Assembly (NCBI GenBank): GCA_040954595.2
Contig: CM082578.2
Coordinates: forward strand, 339,740-403,739
Source of the DNA: Balanoglossus misakiensis
Taxonomy: Eukaryota; Animalia; Hemichordata
DNA: 64,000 nt
Direction of reading: 5' to 3'
The translations under genes and the position numbers were made by a program. This document shows positions 11,377 through 23,255 of the stretch, piece after piece. The number at the start of each line of letters is the position of its first letter. Within the stretch, counting starts at the first letter, position 1. Below the pieces are notes generated by a model. The model worked only from the letters and a program-made list of their open reading frames with translations, was not told the origin of the DNA and searched no databases.

Positions 11377-14300
11377 ATTTGGTCAAAATTGTAAATTTTT
11401 GAAAATTACAAAAAATACCTGTTTTCTACATTTTCGGAAATCTGATGGAGTATAGAATGCTCTTCGTATGTATATATCGATACAAATTCCACAAAAGACC
11501 GTCTAATTTGGCTCACTGCAGACAAAATTGCGTTTTACCAAATTTTCCTTGAAAATGTCATTTTTAGAAAAAATAAATAAAAAAACCTTTGTTCTTCGAA
11601 TTTGGTGCCCTGATCATATATGACATGTTGATTGTATGTTAAAACTTTCGACCACTCCAAAAATGCAGATATATTGACGGAATTCAAGAAAAAATAGCCA
11701 TTTTGACCATATTTTGACAAAAATGGCAAATTTTTAAAAAATCATAAAAAATTAACTCTTTTCTTCATTTTCGGAAATATTATGGAGCATGAAGTGTCGT
11801 TCTCTTGCAAAAAGTGCTGCAAATTCCAGAAAAGGCGGTATAATTTGAATCACCCAAGACAAAATTACCATTTTCAACTTTTTTTCGAAAAATTGTCTTT
11901 TTTACAAAATAAATAAGAATAAATTCTTTTCTTAGTTTCAAACGGGTAGAGATACTTTCCACACGGGTTTTCTAACATTGAATTCCCGTTCATCAACTCA
12001 GATTTCCTACAGCATAAGTCGGCTAAAACCCTGACACTCTAGAGCAGAAACAGTTGCACACTGGTAACGTTGAACAAGTCGATTTTTCTACGGCCTGGCT
12101 CCGCTAAATGTCCGTCACAATATGACAGACACTAGCGTACGTTAGCAACGGTGATCAAGTCAGATTTTCTACGGCATGGCTTGGATAAAGCCCCGGCACT
12201 CTAGAGCAGAAAAACGCGTACAGAGACCACGTTGATCAAGTCTGATCTCCTACGGCTTGGCTCGACTGAAACCCCGGCACACTATGACAGACACTAGCGT
12301 TCGTTAGCAACGTTGATTAAGTCAGATTTCCTACGGCATGGCTTGGCCCTGGCACTCTAGAGCAGAAACACGCGTACAGAGACCACGTTGATCTACTCAC
12401 ATTTCCTTCGGCCTGGCACGGCTGATGCCCCGGCACTATATATAGGACACAGACTGGCGTAAGTTAACAACGGTAATCACGTCGGGTTTCCTACGGCCTG
12501 GCTCAGCTGAAGCCCCGGCACTCTAGAGCAGAATCATGCGTACATTGACCACGTTGATCAAGTCAGATTTCCTATGGCGTGACTCGGCTGGTGCACCGGC
12601 TCTATATGACACAGACTGGCGTAAGTTATCAATGGTGATTACGTCGGATTTCCTACGGCCTGGTTTAGCTGAAGCCCCGGCACTTTAGAGCGGAAACACG
12701 CATACATTGACCACGATGATCAAGTCAGATCTCCTACGGCCTGGCTCGACTAAAACCCCGGCACACCATGACAGACACTAGCGTTCGTTAGCAACGGTGA
12801 TCAAGTCGGATTTCCTTCGGCCTGGCTCTGCAAAAGACCCGACACTCTAGTACAAAGACGTTGGCTAAGTCGGGCAAACCGAAGAGGGAAAGTCACAGCG
12901 GGTCAACACTCGACATTTGTTCGGGTAGGACTGCATTATTGCCTGTCAATTTATAGAGAAAGCCCGAATTTAACCAGGGCGCTTCAAACACCGACGTTAG
13001 TTGGGGGCACGGCCTGCAGTACTGCCGGGTAAGTTCACATCGGCGTACCGCATATAATGTAGGGGGGGGGGGGGGAACAGAACGGTTCAATACTACATTT
13101 ATTAGATATCAGCTAATTTTGGACAATCATCTAAAATCTAAATCATTTTTTCATATTTGGATATCTGATGATGTATGAAATTTCCATTATTTGTAAACAT
13201 GGTGCTGATTATAAAAAATGCACTCTGAATGAGCTGATTTAATACAAAATTGCGTTTTATTCGTTTTTGCACCAAAAAGGTCATTTTTAGGCAAAACATT
13301 CTTTATTTTATTAATTCGGTGACCTGATCATATATAAACAATTGCTTGTATGTTAAAAGTTTTTATGACTTTTAAAAGCAATGACACTGGCGGCATTCAA
13401 CACGAAAATAAAAATTTTAGCCACAATTTGGTCAAAATGGTAAATTTTTGAAAATTACAAAAAATACCTGTTTTCTACATTTTCGGAAATCTGATGGAGT
13501 ATAGAATGCTCTTCGTATGTATATATCGATACAAATTCCACAAAAGACCGTCTAATTTGGCTCACTGCAGACAAAATTGCGTTTTACCAAATTTTCCTTG
13601 AAAATGTCATTTTTAGAAAAAAAAAATAAAAAAACCTTTGTTCTTCGAATTTGGTGCCCTGATCATATATGACATGTTGATTGTATGTTAAGACTTTCGA
13701 CCAATCCAAAAATGCAGAGATATTGACGGAATTCAAGAAAAAATAGCCATTTTGGCCATATTTTGACAAAATGGTAAATTTTTAAAAAATCATAAAAAAT
13801 AACTCTTTTCTTATTTTTTCGGAAATATTATGGAGCATGAAGTGTCGTTCTCTTGTAAAAAGTGCTGCAAATTCCAGAAAAGGCGGTATAATTTAAATCA
13901 CCCAAGACAAAATTACCATTTTCGACTTGTTTTCGAAAAATTGTCTTTTTTACAAAATAAATAAGAATAAATTCTTTTCTTAGTTTCAAACGGGTAGAGA
14001 TACTTTCCACACGGGTTTTCTAACATTGAATTCCCGTTCATCAACTCAGATTTCCTACAGCATAAGTCGGCTAAAACCCTGACACTCTAGAGCAGAAACA
14101 GTTGCACACTGGTAACGTTGAACAAGTCGATTTTTCTACTGCCTGGCTCGGCTAAATCTCCGTCACAATATGACAGACACTAGCGTACGTTAGCAACGGT
14201 GATAAAGTCAGATTTTCTACGGCATGGCTTGGATAAAGCCCCGGCACTCTAGAGCAGAAACACGCGTACAGAGAGCACGTTGATCAAGTCTGATCTCCTA

Positions 14301-17300
14301 CGGCTTGGCTCGACTAAAACCCCGGCACACTATGACAGACACTAGCGTTAGTAAGCAACGTTGATCAAGTCAGATTTCCTACGGCATGGCTTGGCTAAAG
14401 CCCTGGCACTATAGAGCAGAAACACGCGTACAGAGACCACGTTGATCTACTCACATTTCCTTCGGCCTGGCACGGCTGATGCCCCGGCACTATATATAGG
14501 ACACAGACTGGCGTAAGTTAACAACGGTAATCACGTCGGGTTTCCTACGGCCTGGCTCAGCTGAAGCCCCGGCACTCTAGAGCAGAAACAGGCGTACATT
14601 GACCACGTTGATCAAGTCAGATTTCCTACGGCGTGACTCGGCAGGTGCACCGGCTCTATATGACACAGACTAGCGTAAGTTATCAACGGTGATTACGTCG
14701 GATTTCCTACGGCCTGGTTTAGCTGAAGCCCCGGCACTTTAGAGCGGAAACACGCGTACATTGACCACGATGATCAATTCAGATCTCCTACGGCCTGGCT
14801 CGACTAAAACCCCGGCACACCATGACAGACACTAGCGTTCGTTAGCAACGGTGATCAAGTCTGATTTCCTTCGGCCTGGCTCTGCAAAAGACCCGACACT
14901 CTAGTACAAAGACGTTGGCTAAGTCGGGCAAACCGAAGAGGGAAAGTCACAGCGGGTCAACACTCGACATTTGTTCGGGTAGGACTGCATTATTGCCTGT
15001 CAATTTATAGAGAAAGCTCGAATTTAACCAGGGCGTTTCAAACACCGACGTTAGTTGGGGGCACGGCCTGCAGTACTGCCGGGTAAGCTGACATCGGCGT
15101 ACCGCATGTAATGTAGGGGGGGGGGGGGAAACAGAACGGTTTAATACTACATTTATCAGATATCAGCTAATTTTGGACAATCATCTTAAATCTAATTCAT
15201 TTTTTCATATTTGGATATCTGATGATGTATGAAATTTCCATTATATGTAAAAATGGTGCTGATTATAAAAATGCACTCTGAATGAGCTGATTTAATACAA
15301 AATTGCGTTTTATTCGTTTTTGCACCAAAAAGGTCATTTTTAGGCAAAACATTCTTTATTTTTTTAATTCGGTGACCTGATCATATATAAACAATTGCTT
15401 GTATGTTAAAAGTTTTTATGACTTTTAAAAGCAGTGACACTGGCGGCATTCAACACGAAAATAACAATTTTAGCCACAATTTGGTCAAAATGGTAAATTT
15501 TTAAAAATTACAAAAAAATACCTGTTTTCTACATTTTCGGAAATCTGATGGAGTATAGAATGCTCTTCGTATGTATATATCGATACAAATTCTAAAAAAA
15601 AAGACCGTCTAATTTGGCTCACTGCAGGCAAAATTGCGTTTTACCAAATTTTCCTTGAAAATGTCACTTTTAGAAGAAAAAAAAATAAAAAAACCTTTGT
15701 TCTTCGAATTTGGTGCCCTGATCATATATGATATGTTGATTGTATGTTAAAACTTTCGACCACTCCAAAAATGCAGATATATTGACGGAATTCAAGAAAA
15801 AAATAGCCATTTTGGCCATATTTTGACAAAAATGGTAAATTTTTAAAAAATCATAAAAAAATTACTCTTTTCTTCATTTTCCGAAATATTATGGAGCATG
15901 AAGTGTCGTTCTCTTGTAAGAAGTGCAGCGAATTCCAGAAAAGGCGGTATAATTTGAATCACCCAAGACAAAATTACCATTTTCGACTTTTTTTCGAAAA
16001 ATTGTCTTTTTTACAAAATAAATAAGAATAAATTCTTTTCTTAGTTTCAAACGGGTAGAGATACTTTCCACAAGGGTTTTCTAACATTGAATTCCCGTTC
16101 ATCAACTCAGATTTCCTACAGCATAAGTCGGCTAAAACCCTGACACTCTAGAGCAGAAACAGTTGCACACTGGTAACGTTGAACAAGTCGATTTTTCTAT
16201 GGCCTGGCTCGGCTAAATCTCCGTCACAATATGACAGACACTAGCGTACGTTAGCAACGGTGATCAAGTCAGATTTTCTACGGCATGGCTTAGATAAAGC
16301 CCCGGCACTCTAGAGCAGAAACACGCGTACAGAGACCACGTTGATCAAGTCTGATCTCCTACGGCTTGGCTCGACTAAAACCCCGGCACACTATGACAGA
16401 CACTAGCGTTCGTTAGCAACGTTGATCAAGTCAGATTTCCTACGGCCTGGCTCGACTAAAACCCCGGCACACCATGACAGACACTAGCGTTCGTTAGCAA
16501 CGGTGATCAAGTCGGATTTCCTTCGGCCTGGCTCTGCAAAAGACCCGACACTCTAGTACAAAGACGTTGGCTAAGTCGGGCAAACCGAAGAGGGAATGTC
16601 ACAGCGGGTCAACACTCGACATTTGTTCGGGTAGGACTGCATTATTGCCTGTCAATTTATAGAGAAAGCCCGAATTTAACCAGGGCGTTTCAAACACCGA
16701 CGTTAGTTGGGGGCACGGCCTGCAGTACTGCCGGGTAAGCTTACATCGGCGTACCGCATATAATGTAGGGGGGGGGGATAGAACGGTTCAATACTACATT
16801 TATTAGATATCAGCTAATTTTGGACAATCATCTAAAATCTAAATCATTTTTTCATATTTGGATATCTGATGATGTATGAAATTTCCATTTTATGTAAAAA
16901 TGGTGCTGATTATAAAAAATGCACTCTGAATGAGCTGATTTAATACAAAATTGCGTTTTTGCACCAAAAAGGTAATTTTTAGGCAAAACATTCTTTATTT
17001 TTTTTAATTCGGTGACCTGATCATATATAAACAATTGCTTGTATGTTAAACGTTTTTATGACTTTTAAAAGCAGTGACACTGGCGGCATTCAACACGAAA
17101 ATAACAATTTTAGCCACAATTTGGTCAAAATGGTAAATTTTTGAAAATTACAAAAAAGACCTGTTTTCTACATTTTCGGAAATCTGATGGAGTATAGAAT
17201 GCTCTTCGTATGTATATATCGATACAAATTCCACAAAAGACCGTCAAATTTGGCTCACTGCAGACAAAATTGCTTTTTACCAAATTTTCCTTGAAAATGT

Positions 17301-18653
17301 CATTTTTAGAAAAAAAACTAAAAAAACCTTTGTTCTTCGAATTTGGTGCCCTGATCATATATGACATGTTGATTGTATGTTAAAACTTTCGACCACTCCA
17401 AAAATGCAGAGATATTGACGGAATTCAATAAAAAATAGCCATTTTGGCCATATTTTGACAAAAAAGGTAAATTTTTAAAAAATAATAAAAAATTAACTCT
17501 TTTCTTCATTTTCGGAAATATTATGGAGCATGAAGTGTCGTTCTCTTGTAAAAAGTGCTGCAAATTGCAGAAAAGGCGGTATAATTTGAATCACCCAAGA
17601 CAAAATTACCATTTTCGACTTTTTTTTCGAAAAATTGTCTTTTTTACAAAATAAATAAAAATAAATTCTTTTCTTAGTTTCAAACGGGTAGAGATACTTT
17701 CCACACGGATTTTCTAACATTGAATTCCCGTTCATCAACTCAGATTTCCTACAGCATAAGTCGGCTAAAATCCTGACACTCTAGAGCAGAAACAGTTGCA
17801 CACTGGTAACGTTGAACAAGTCGATTTTTCTACGGCCTGGCTCGGCTAAATCTTCGTCACAATATGACAGACACTATCGTACGTTAGCAACGGTGATCAA
17901 GTCAGATTTTCTACGGCATGGCTTGGATAAAGCCCCGGCACTCTAGAGCAGAAACACGCGTACAGAGACCACGTTGATCAAGTCTGATCTCCTACGGCTT
18001 GGCTCGACTAAAACCCCGGCACACTATGATAGACACTAGAGTTCGTTAGCAACGTTGATCAAGTCAGATTTCCTACGGCATGGCTTGGCTAAAGCCCTGG
18101 CACTCTAGAGCAGAAACACGCGTACAAAAACCACGTTGATCTACTCACATTTCCTTCGACCTGGCACGGCTGATGCCCCGGCACTATATATAGGACACAG
18201 ACTGGCGTAAGTTAACAACGGTAATCACGTCGGGTTTCCTACGGCCTGGCTCAGCTGAAGCCCCGGCGCTCTAGAGCAGAAACAGGCGTACATTGACCAC
18301 GTTGATCAAGTCAGATTTCCTACGGCGTGACTCGGCTGGTGCACCGGCTCTATATGACACAGACTGGCGTAAGTTATCAACGGTGATTACGTCGGATTTC
18401 CTACGGCCTGGTTTAGCTGAAGCCCCGGCACTTTAGAGCGGAAACACGCGTACATTGACCACGATGATCAAGTCAGATCTCCTACGGCCTGGCTCGACTA
18501 AAACCCCGGCACACCATGACAGACACTAGCGTTCGTTAGCAACGGTGATCAAGTCGGATTACCTTCGGCCTGGCTCTGCAAAAGACCCGACACTCTAGTA
18601 CAAAGACGTTGGCTAAGTCGGGCAAACCGAACAGGGAAAGTCACAGCGGGTCA
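11377..18653 (+). repeat. Composite macrosatellite, ~3.5 units
   Basis: The same spurious short ORFs recur at 11780, 13828 and 15889 (~2.05-kb period). One unit near 16450 lacks about five monomers. Confidence 0.97.
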
Positions 18654-18655
18654 TT

Positions 18656-18940
18656 ATGGTGGTCTTCGGTAACGCCAACGAAGCCAGACAGATTTTATTT
18701 GCGGCCCCTGGATGCCTGAAAGGAAACAAGTTGAAAGGAAACCAGATTTATGTGTCTGACGATGTAAGCAAGAAAGTATACGCGGAACGGAAGAGGCTAC
18801 TACAGTATGCAAGCAAGATAAAGAGAGAAGCGTCGACGAAAAGCTGCTACATAGCTTGGAAAGTGCCGGCAACACTCGTAATCAAGTACGCTAATGGTGT
18901 CAAAAAGGAACTCACGGTAAATGACATTCCAGAAAAATGA
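18656..18940 (+). pseudogene. C-terminal fragment of LINE ORF1p
   Basis: IYVSDDVSKKVYAERKRL..WKVPATLVI resembles the L1-type ORF1p RRM/CTD end. It begins at the 5' truncation point. Confidence 0.7.
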
Positions 18941-19400
18941 CATTTGTAAATGTAAATGAAAATTGTAAATGTAAACTGGATAGTAGCGTACGACTTTGAA
19001 TTACCAAACACAGTATTCATAGAATAACGGTAACGTTGTCGGCCATTGATTTTAAAGATCTTAATACACCTCCGACACAGAGAAGGTGTGGCACTCGAGC
19101 AGAGTAGGTTTTTTTTTTCTTGCCCTTCTTTTTTGTTCTTTTTGTATTTCTTCTCCTTTTCGTCTTGCCCCCTTTCCCTGTTTGTTTTTTTCCTCCGGGG
19201 AAGGGAGTTTCGTCTCTTCTCAGTCTTCTCTTTTTTTGGCCCTTTGGGTTTTTTTCTCTCGCCTCTGTCGGCCCTTAGGGTGTGTTTGTCTTGTTTGTTT
19301 GTTGTTTCTTGATGGGTTTATTTCAAAGCGGGACACATCAGTCAATTTTCAGAAATGTTTTTGGAAGCAGTCGACACAACACATTTCATGACAATTTGAA

Positions 19401-22400
19401 ATGGATTTTTCAGTTTTGACGTTTAATACAAGAGGGCTCCGTAGTTTCAAAAAAAGGAAAAAACTTGGATGTTGGTTAAATAGTAAGAACCCCACATTTA
19501 CTTTCTTACAAGAAACCCACAGTGTAAAAGACGATGTTCACTTTTGGTCAACTCAATTTAATGGTCGCTGTTGGTTTTCGCATGGAACAAACAATAGTAG
19601 AGGTGTAATAACAATTATCAATAACCCAAATATTATAGTTAACAATTCTGTAACTGACGATATGGGTAGATTTATTCTTATTGATGTAAATTTAGACAAT
19701 ACGCCTTGTATACTACTTAATGTATATGCACCCAATATAGAGAAAGAGCATGTAATTTTTCTAGAAGAAATGTATTTTTTGCTGGTCAAATATGTAACCG
19801 ATCCCAACACAATTGTCATTTTAGGAGGGGATTTAAATTTCACCTATAATATTGCCCTTGATCGGGGAAAGTCCATTGCTCTTTTAGATAGGATATCTGA
19901 CGTCTTCAATTTGATTGATATATGGAGGGTGCGTCATGAAGAAAAGAGAGGTTTTACCTGGAGAAGGCGCAGGCCTTATATCACTCAGAGTAGACTTGAT
20001 TATTTTTTCATTTCTAGCGATTTACAGCAACAAATCAGTAGCGTTCAGATTATTCCTGGAGTGGATTCCGACCATTCAGCTGTCTCTTTGGTGTATAAAT
20101 CTTGCCAAAACGAGCGGGGTCCTGGCTACTGGAAGTTTAATTCTAGTTTAATTTACGACAGTACTTTCAAAACCATTCTGCACGATAATATTGACGAGTG
20201 GATTAGTGAATCCACTAGGTTAAATGATGGGGTTCGTTGGGACTTCATAAAATTTAAGATTAGAGGTTTTGTGATTGACTACAGCAAAACAGTGGCGAAA
20301 AAACGTAGACAGAATTTACAGAATCTTGAACTGTCGGTGAATTTTCTTGAGGGTCTTTGTTCTAATCATCCTACAGTGCAAAATTACGAGATGCTCGAGT
20401 CAGCAAAGAGTGATTTGGAGAAAGTTTATGATTATATTACAGAAGGAGCGGTCGTAAGATCCAGGATTAATTGGTACGAGAAAGGTGAAAAATGTAACAA
20501 GTTCTTTTTAGGTTTGGAAAAGGTAAATAAACGCAACTCGAGTATCAGCAATTTGAAGAAAGATGAGTATACAATTATAGACAACCCAAAGAATATTTTG
20601 TGTGAAATTAAGCAGTTTTATGCCAAGCTTTACTCAAGGTGCGCCACAAACTCCAACGATGTGCATTATTTCCTGGATGCAAATTTACCAATGTTGTCAG
20701 AGAATGATAAAGTTTTGTGTGAGGGTCCTTTGACCCCTGGGGAAGTTTTCTCTGTTCTTCTCTCCCTTCCAGACAACAAAAGCCCCGGCAATGATGGCCT
20801 TACAAAAGAATTTTACGTGGCGTTTTGGCCACAGGTGGGGAATTTAGTTTTGAATTCTCTCAATTATGGTTACAGAACGGGGGAATTTTCAAATTCACAG
20901 AAACAGAGTGTCATAACTCTGATTGATAATCCTGGGAAGGATCAACTCTATCTGAAAAATTGGAGACCAATCTCCCTTATGAATGTTGACATGAAGCTTG
21001 CTTCAAAATGCCTTGTTAAACGTATTGAGAAAGTTTTGCCCTGCTTAATTGGTGACTCCCAAGCGGCCTTTGTCCGGGGGAGAAACATTGGTGATTATAT
21101 CCGTTTGATAGATGAGATTTTTCATCACACCTGTAATGCTGATATTCCAGCAATTTTATTAGCCATAGATTTCGAAAAAGCTTTTGACACTGTAAGTTGG
21201 GATTATCTCTACAATACATTGTCATCCTTTAATTTTGGAGTGTCCTTCATCAACTGGGTTAAAGCCTTATATTTTAACATTGAAAGCACTGTAATGAACA
21301 ATGGGTTTGGGACTGGCTATTTTAAGCTTGAGAAGGGAGTGCGCCAAGGCGACCCTTTGTCACCTATGTTATTTATTCTGGTTTTAGAAACACTCTTGCA
21401 TTCAATAAGAAATAACCGGCAAATTAGTGGTATCAATATTGGCAGTGTTGAAATTAAGGAGTCGGCGTTCGCCGACGATATGACCTGTTTTTTATCAAAT
21501 GAAAACTCTGTAAGAATTGTTTTTGAAATGTTAACTTCCTTTTATAATGCTTCTGGTTTGAAAGTCAACAAAGATAAGACAGAAGCTGTTTGGCTTGGGA
21601 AATGGAGACTTCGAAAAGATGAGGCGTTCGGGGTAAAGTGGCCCACCCCTACTATCAAGATTGTGGGGATTCATTTTTCTTATAATGAAAAAATTGCCCA
21701 GGAAAAAAATATTGTTACCCCAGTCGAAAATCTAAAAAAGGTCCTCAATATGTGGAAAACTAGGAATTTGACCATCATTGGGAAAGTTCAAGTTATTAAG
21801 TCATTGGCAATTTCCAAATTAACATATGTGCTTACACACGTAATTTTTCCTAATGAAGTAATAGGTCGGGTTCATAAGTTAATTTATAATTTTCTCTGGA
21901 ATGGACAAGACCGGGTTCGCAGGAATGTAATGATAGGGGAGGTGGGCCAAGGAGGCTTAAAAATGCCCAATTTAGATGTGATGATAAAAACAAAGCAAGT
22001 ATTACTGATTAAACGCCTGTTGAATGAGGAATGTAAACACCCTTGGAAACACATTGTCTTACACAGTTTAGAGAAAGTCGGTGGAAAATTACTTTTTAAA
22101 TGTAACTTCCGCACCAATCTTTTGCCTGTCCAAGTTTCCAGTTTTATAAATAATTGTCTTGTCACATGGTCAGAAATCAACATAATTCCAAATACTACAG
22201 ACCAGGTGATTTGGAACAACAGAAACGTCCTCGTTGGAGGAAAGTCGGTATTTTATAAGGCTTTTTCTGACGCTGGCTTTAATTTCATCCCTGACATGTT
22301 TACAGGTTTTAATAGAGTATCATGGTCTGTATTTGAGCAGAAAGGCCTGAATTTAAATCAGAAATTGAAGTGGTTAGGATTGACACTTTCTGTTCCAAAC

Positions 22401-23090
22401 AAGTTAAAAAATTGTACCAAAGCACATAGTGTACATAAGCTTTGTATTTCATTGAATGGCACAATCTGTAATTTAGACACTTTAACGAAAAAGAGTTTGA
22501 AATGTAATTTGAACGACCGTATTATAGAGACTCCAAAAAGTCAAGCAACACTGGAAAAAATGTTGAATATATTTAATCTAAACTGGGAAAAAATGTATGA
22601 CTTCACTTACAAGTTATCAATACATTGTAAGGCTAGAGCTTTTCAATTTAAATTACTTCACAATATTTTGTATACAAACAAACAGCTAAACAGGTACAAT
22701 CCACAGAAATTTCCAACTGCTCTTTGTGATTTATGTAAAGTGGAAACAGAGTCCATCGACCATTTATTTCATAGTTGCAATTGTACTACTGCTCTCTGGA
22801 GGGACCTACTGTTTACGTTGGGTATCCCTCTTAAATTGAAAAAACCACCATCAGTGTTATGTATGGTTTTGGGTGACCCAAACGAGACTTTTATAGTCAA
22901 TTTTATAGCAATGCAAGTTAGAATGTACATTTACTACTGTAAATTAAATAATCGAATTCCGAATATCACTGGGTTTATTGTTCAGCTCAAAAACATACAT
23001 GAAATTGAACTTAAGATTGCAACTGCAAATCATAAAATGTACTTTCATCTTAAAAAATGGTCATCACTTATGAGGTATATAACAAACTGA
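19401..23090 (+). CDS. LINE ORF2p (APE endonuclease, reverse transcriptase, C-terminal CCHC zinc finger), 1229 aa
   Basis: FNTRGL, FLQETH, LGGDLN, SRLDYFF, SDHSAV (APE); NWRPISL, DFEKAFD, QGDPLSP, FADD (RT); CDLC..ESIDHLFHSC. Lacks 8 aa (SGGNPKPW) present in the second copy. Confidence 0.95.
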   Translation: MDFSVLTFNTRGLRSFKKRKKLGCWLNSKNPTFTFLQETHSVKDDVHFWSTQFNGRCWFSHGTNNSRGVITIINNPNIIVNNSVTDDMGRFILIDVNLDNTPCILLNVYAPNIEKEHVIFLEEMYFLLVKYVTDPNTIVILGGDLNFTYNIALDRGKSIALLDRISDVFNLIDIWRVRHEEKRGFTWRRRRPYITQSRLDYFFISSDLQQQISSVQIIPGVDSDHSAVSLVYKSCQNERGPGYWKFNSSLIYDSTFKTILHDNIDEWISESTRLNDGVRWDFIKFKIRGFVIDYSKTVAKKRRQNLQNLELSVNFLEGLCSNHPTVQNYEMLESAKSDLEKVYDYITEGAVVRSRINWYEKGEKCNKFFLGLEKVNKRNSSISNLKKDEYTIIDNPKNILCEIKQFYAKLYSRCATNSNDVHYFLDANLPMLSENDKVLCEGPLTPGEVFSVLLSLPDNKSPGNDGLTKEFYVAFWPQVGNLVLNSLNYGYRTGEFSNSQKQSVITLIDNPGKDQLYLKNWRPISLMNVDMKLASKCLVKRIEKVLPCLIGDSQAAFVRGRNIGDYIRLIDEIFHHTCNADIPAILLAIDFEKAFDTVSWDYLYNTLSSFNFGVSFINWVKALYFNIESTVMNNGFGTGYFKLEKGVRQGDPLSPMLFILVLETLLHSIRNNRQISGINIGSVEIKESAFADDMTCFLSNENSVRIVFEMLTSFYNASGLKVNKDKTEAVWLGKWRLRKDEAFGVKWPTPTIKIVGIHFSYNEKIAQEKNIVTPVENLKKVLNMWKTRNLTIIGKVQVIKSLAISKLTYVLTHVIFPNEVIGRVHKLIYNFLWNGQDRVRRNVMIGEVGQGGLKMPNLDVMIKTKQVLLIKRLLNEECKHPWKHIVLHSLEKVGGKLLFKCNFRTNLLPVQVSSFINNCLVTWSEINIIPNTTDQVIWNNRNVLVGGKSVFYKAFSDAGFNFIPDMFTGFNRVSWSVFEQKGLNLNQKLKWLGLTLSVPNKLKNCTKAHSVHKLCISLNGTICNLDTLTKKSLKCNLNDRIIETPKSQATLEKMLNIFNLNWEKMYDFTYKLSIHCKARAFQFKLLHNILYTNKQLNRYNPQKFPTALCDLCKVETESIDHLFHSCNCTTALWRDLLFTLGIPLKLKKPPSVLCMVLGDPNETFIVNFIAMQVRMYIYYCKLNNRIPNITGFIVQLKNIHEIELKIATANHKMYFHLKKWSSLMRYITN

Positions 23091-23255
23091 GAATACCAGA
23101 TTGTTTTGTTTTTTTTTCTCTTCTTTCCATTAAGTTATGCTTCCAAAAAATAATTGTCAATTTTTTTTTTTTTTTTTTTTTTAAATCTACTTATGTATCA
23201 AAATGACTGTTTGTGTTCCCAATAAAAAGTATTAAAAAAAAAAAAAAAAAAAAAA

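Larger units (their letters stand above)
18654..23255 (+). mobile_element. L1/Tx1-type non-LTR retrotransposon, 5'-truncated within ORF1, with poly(A) and TSD
   Basis: ORF1 tail, T-rich inter-ORF spacer and full ORF2. AATAAA at 23221 followed by an A-tail. TSD (AAA)GTCACAGCGGGTCA at 18637-18653 and 23253-23269. Confidence 0.95.
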
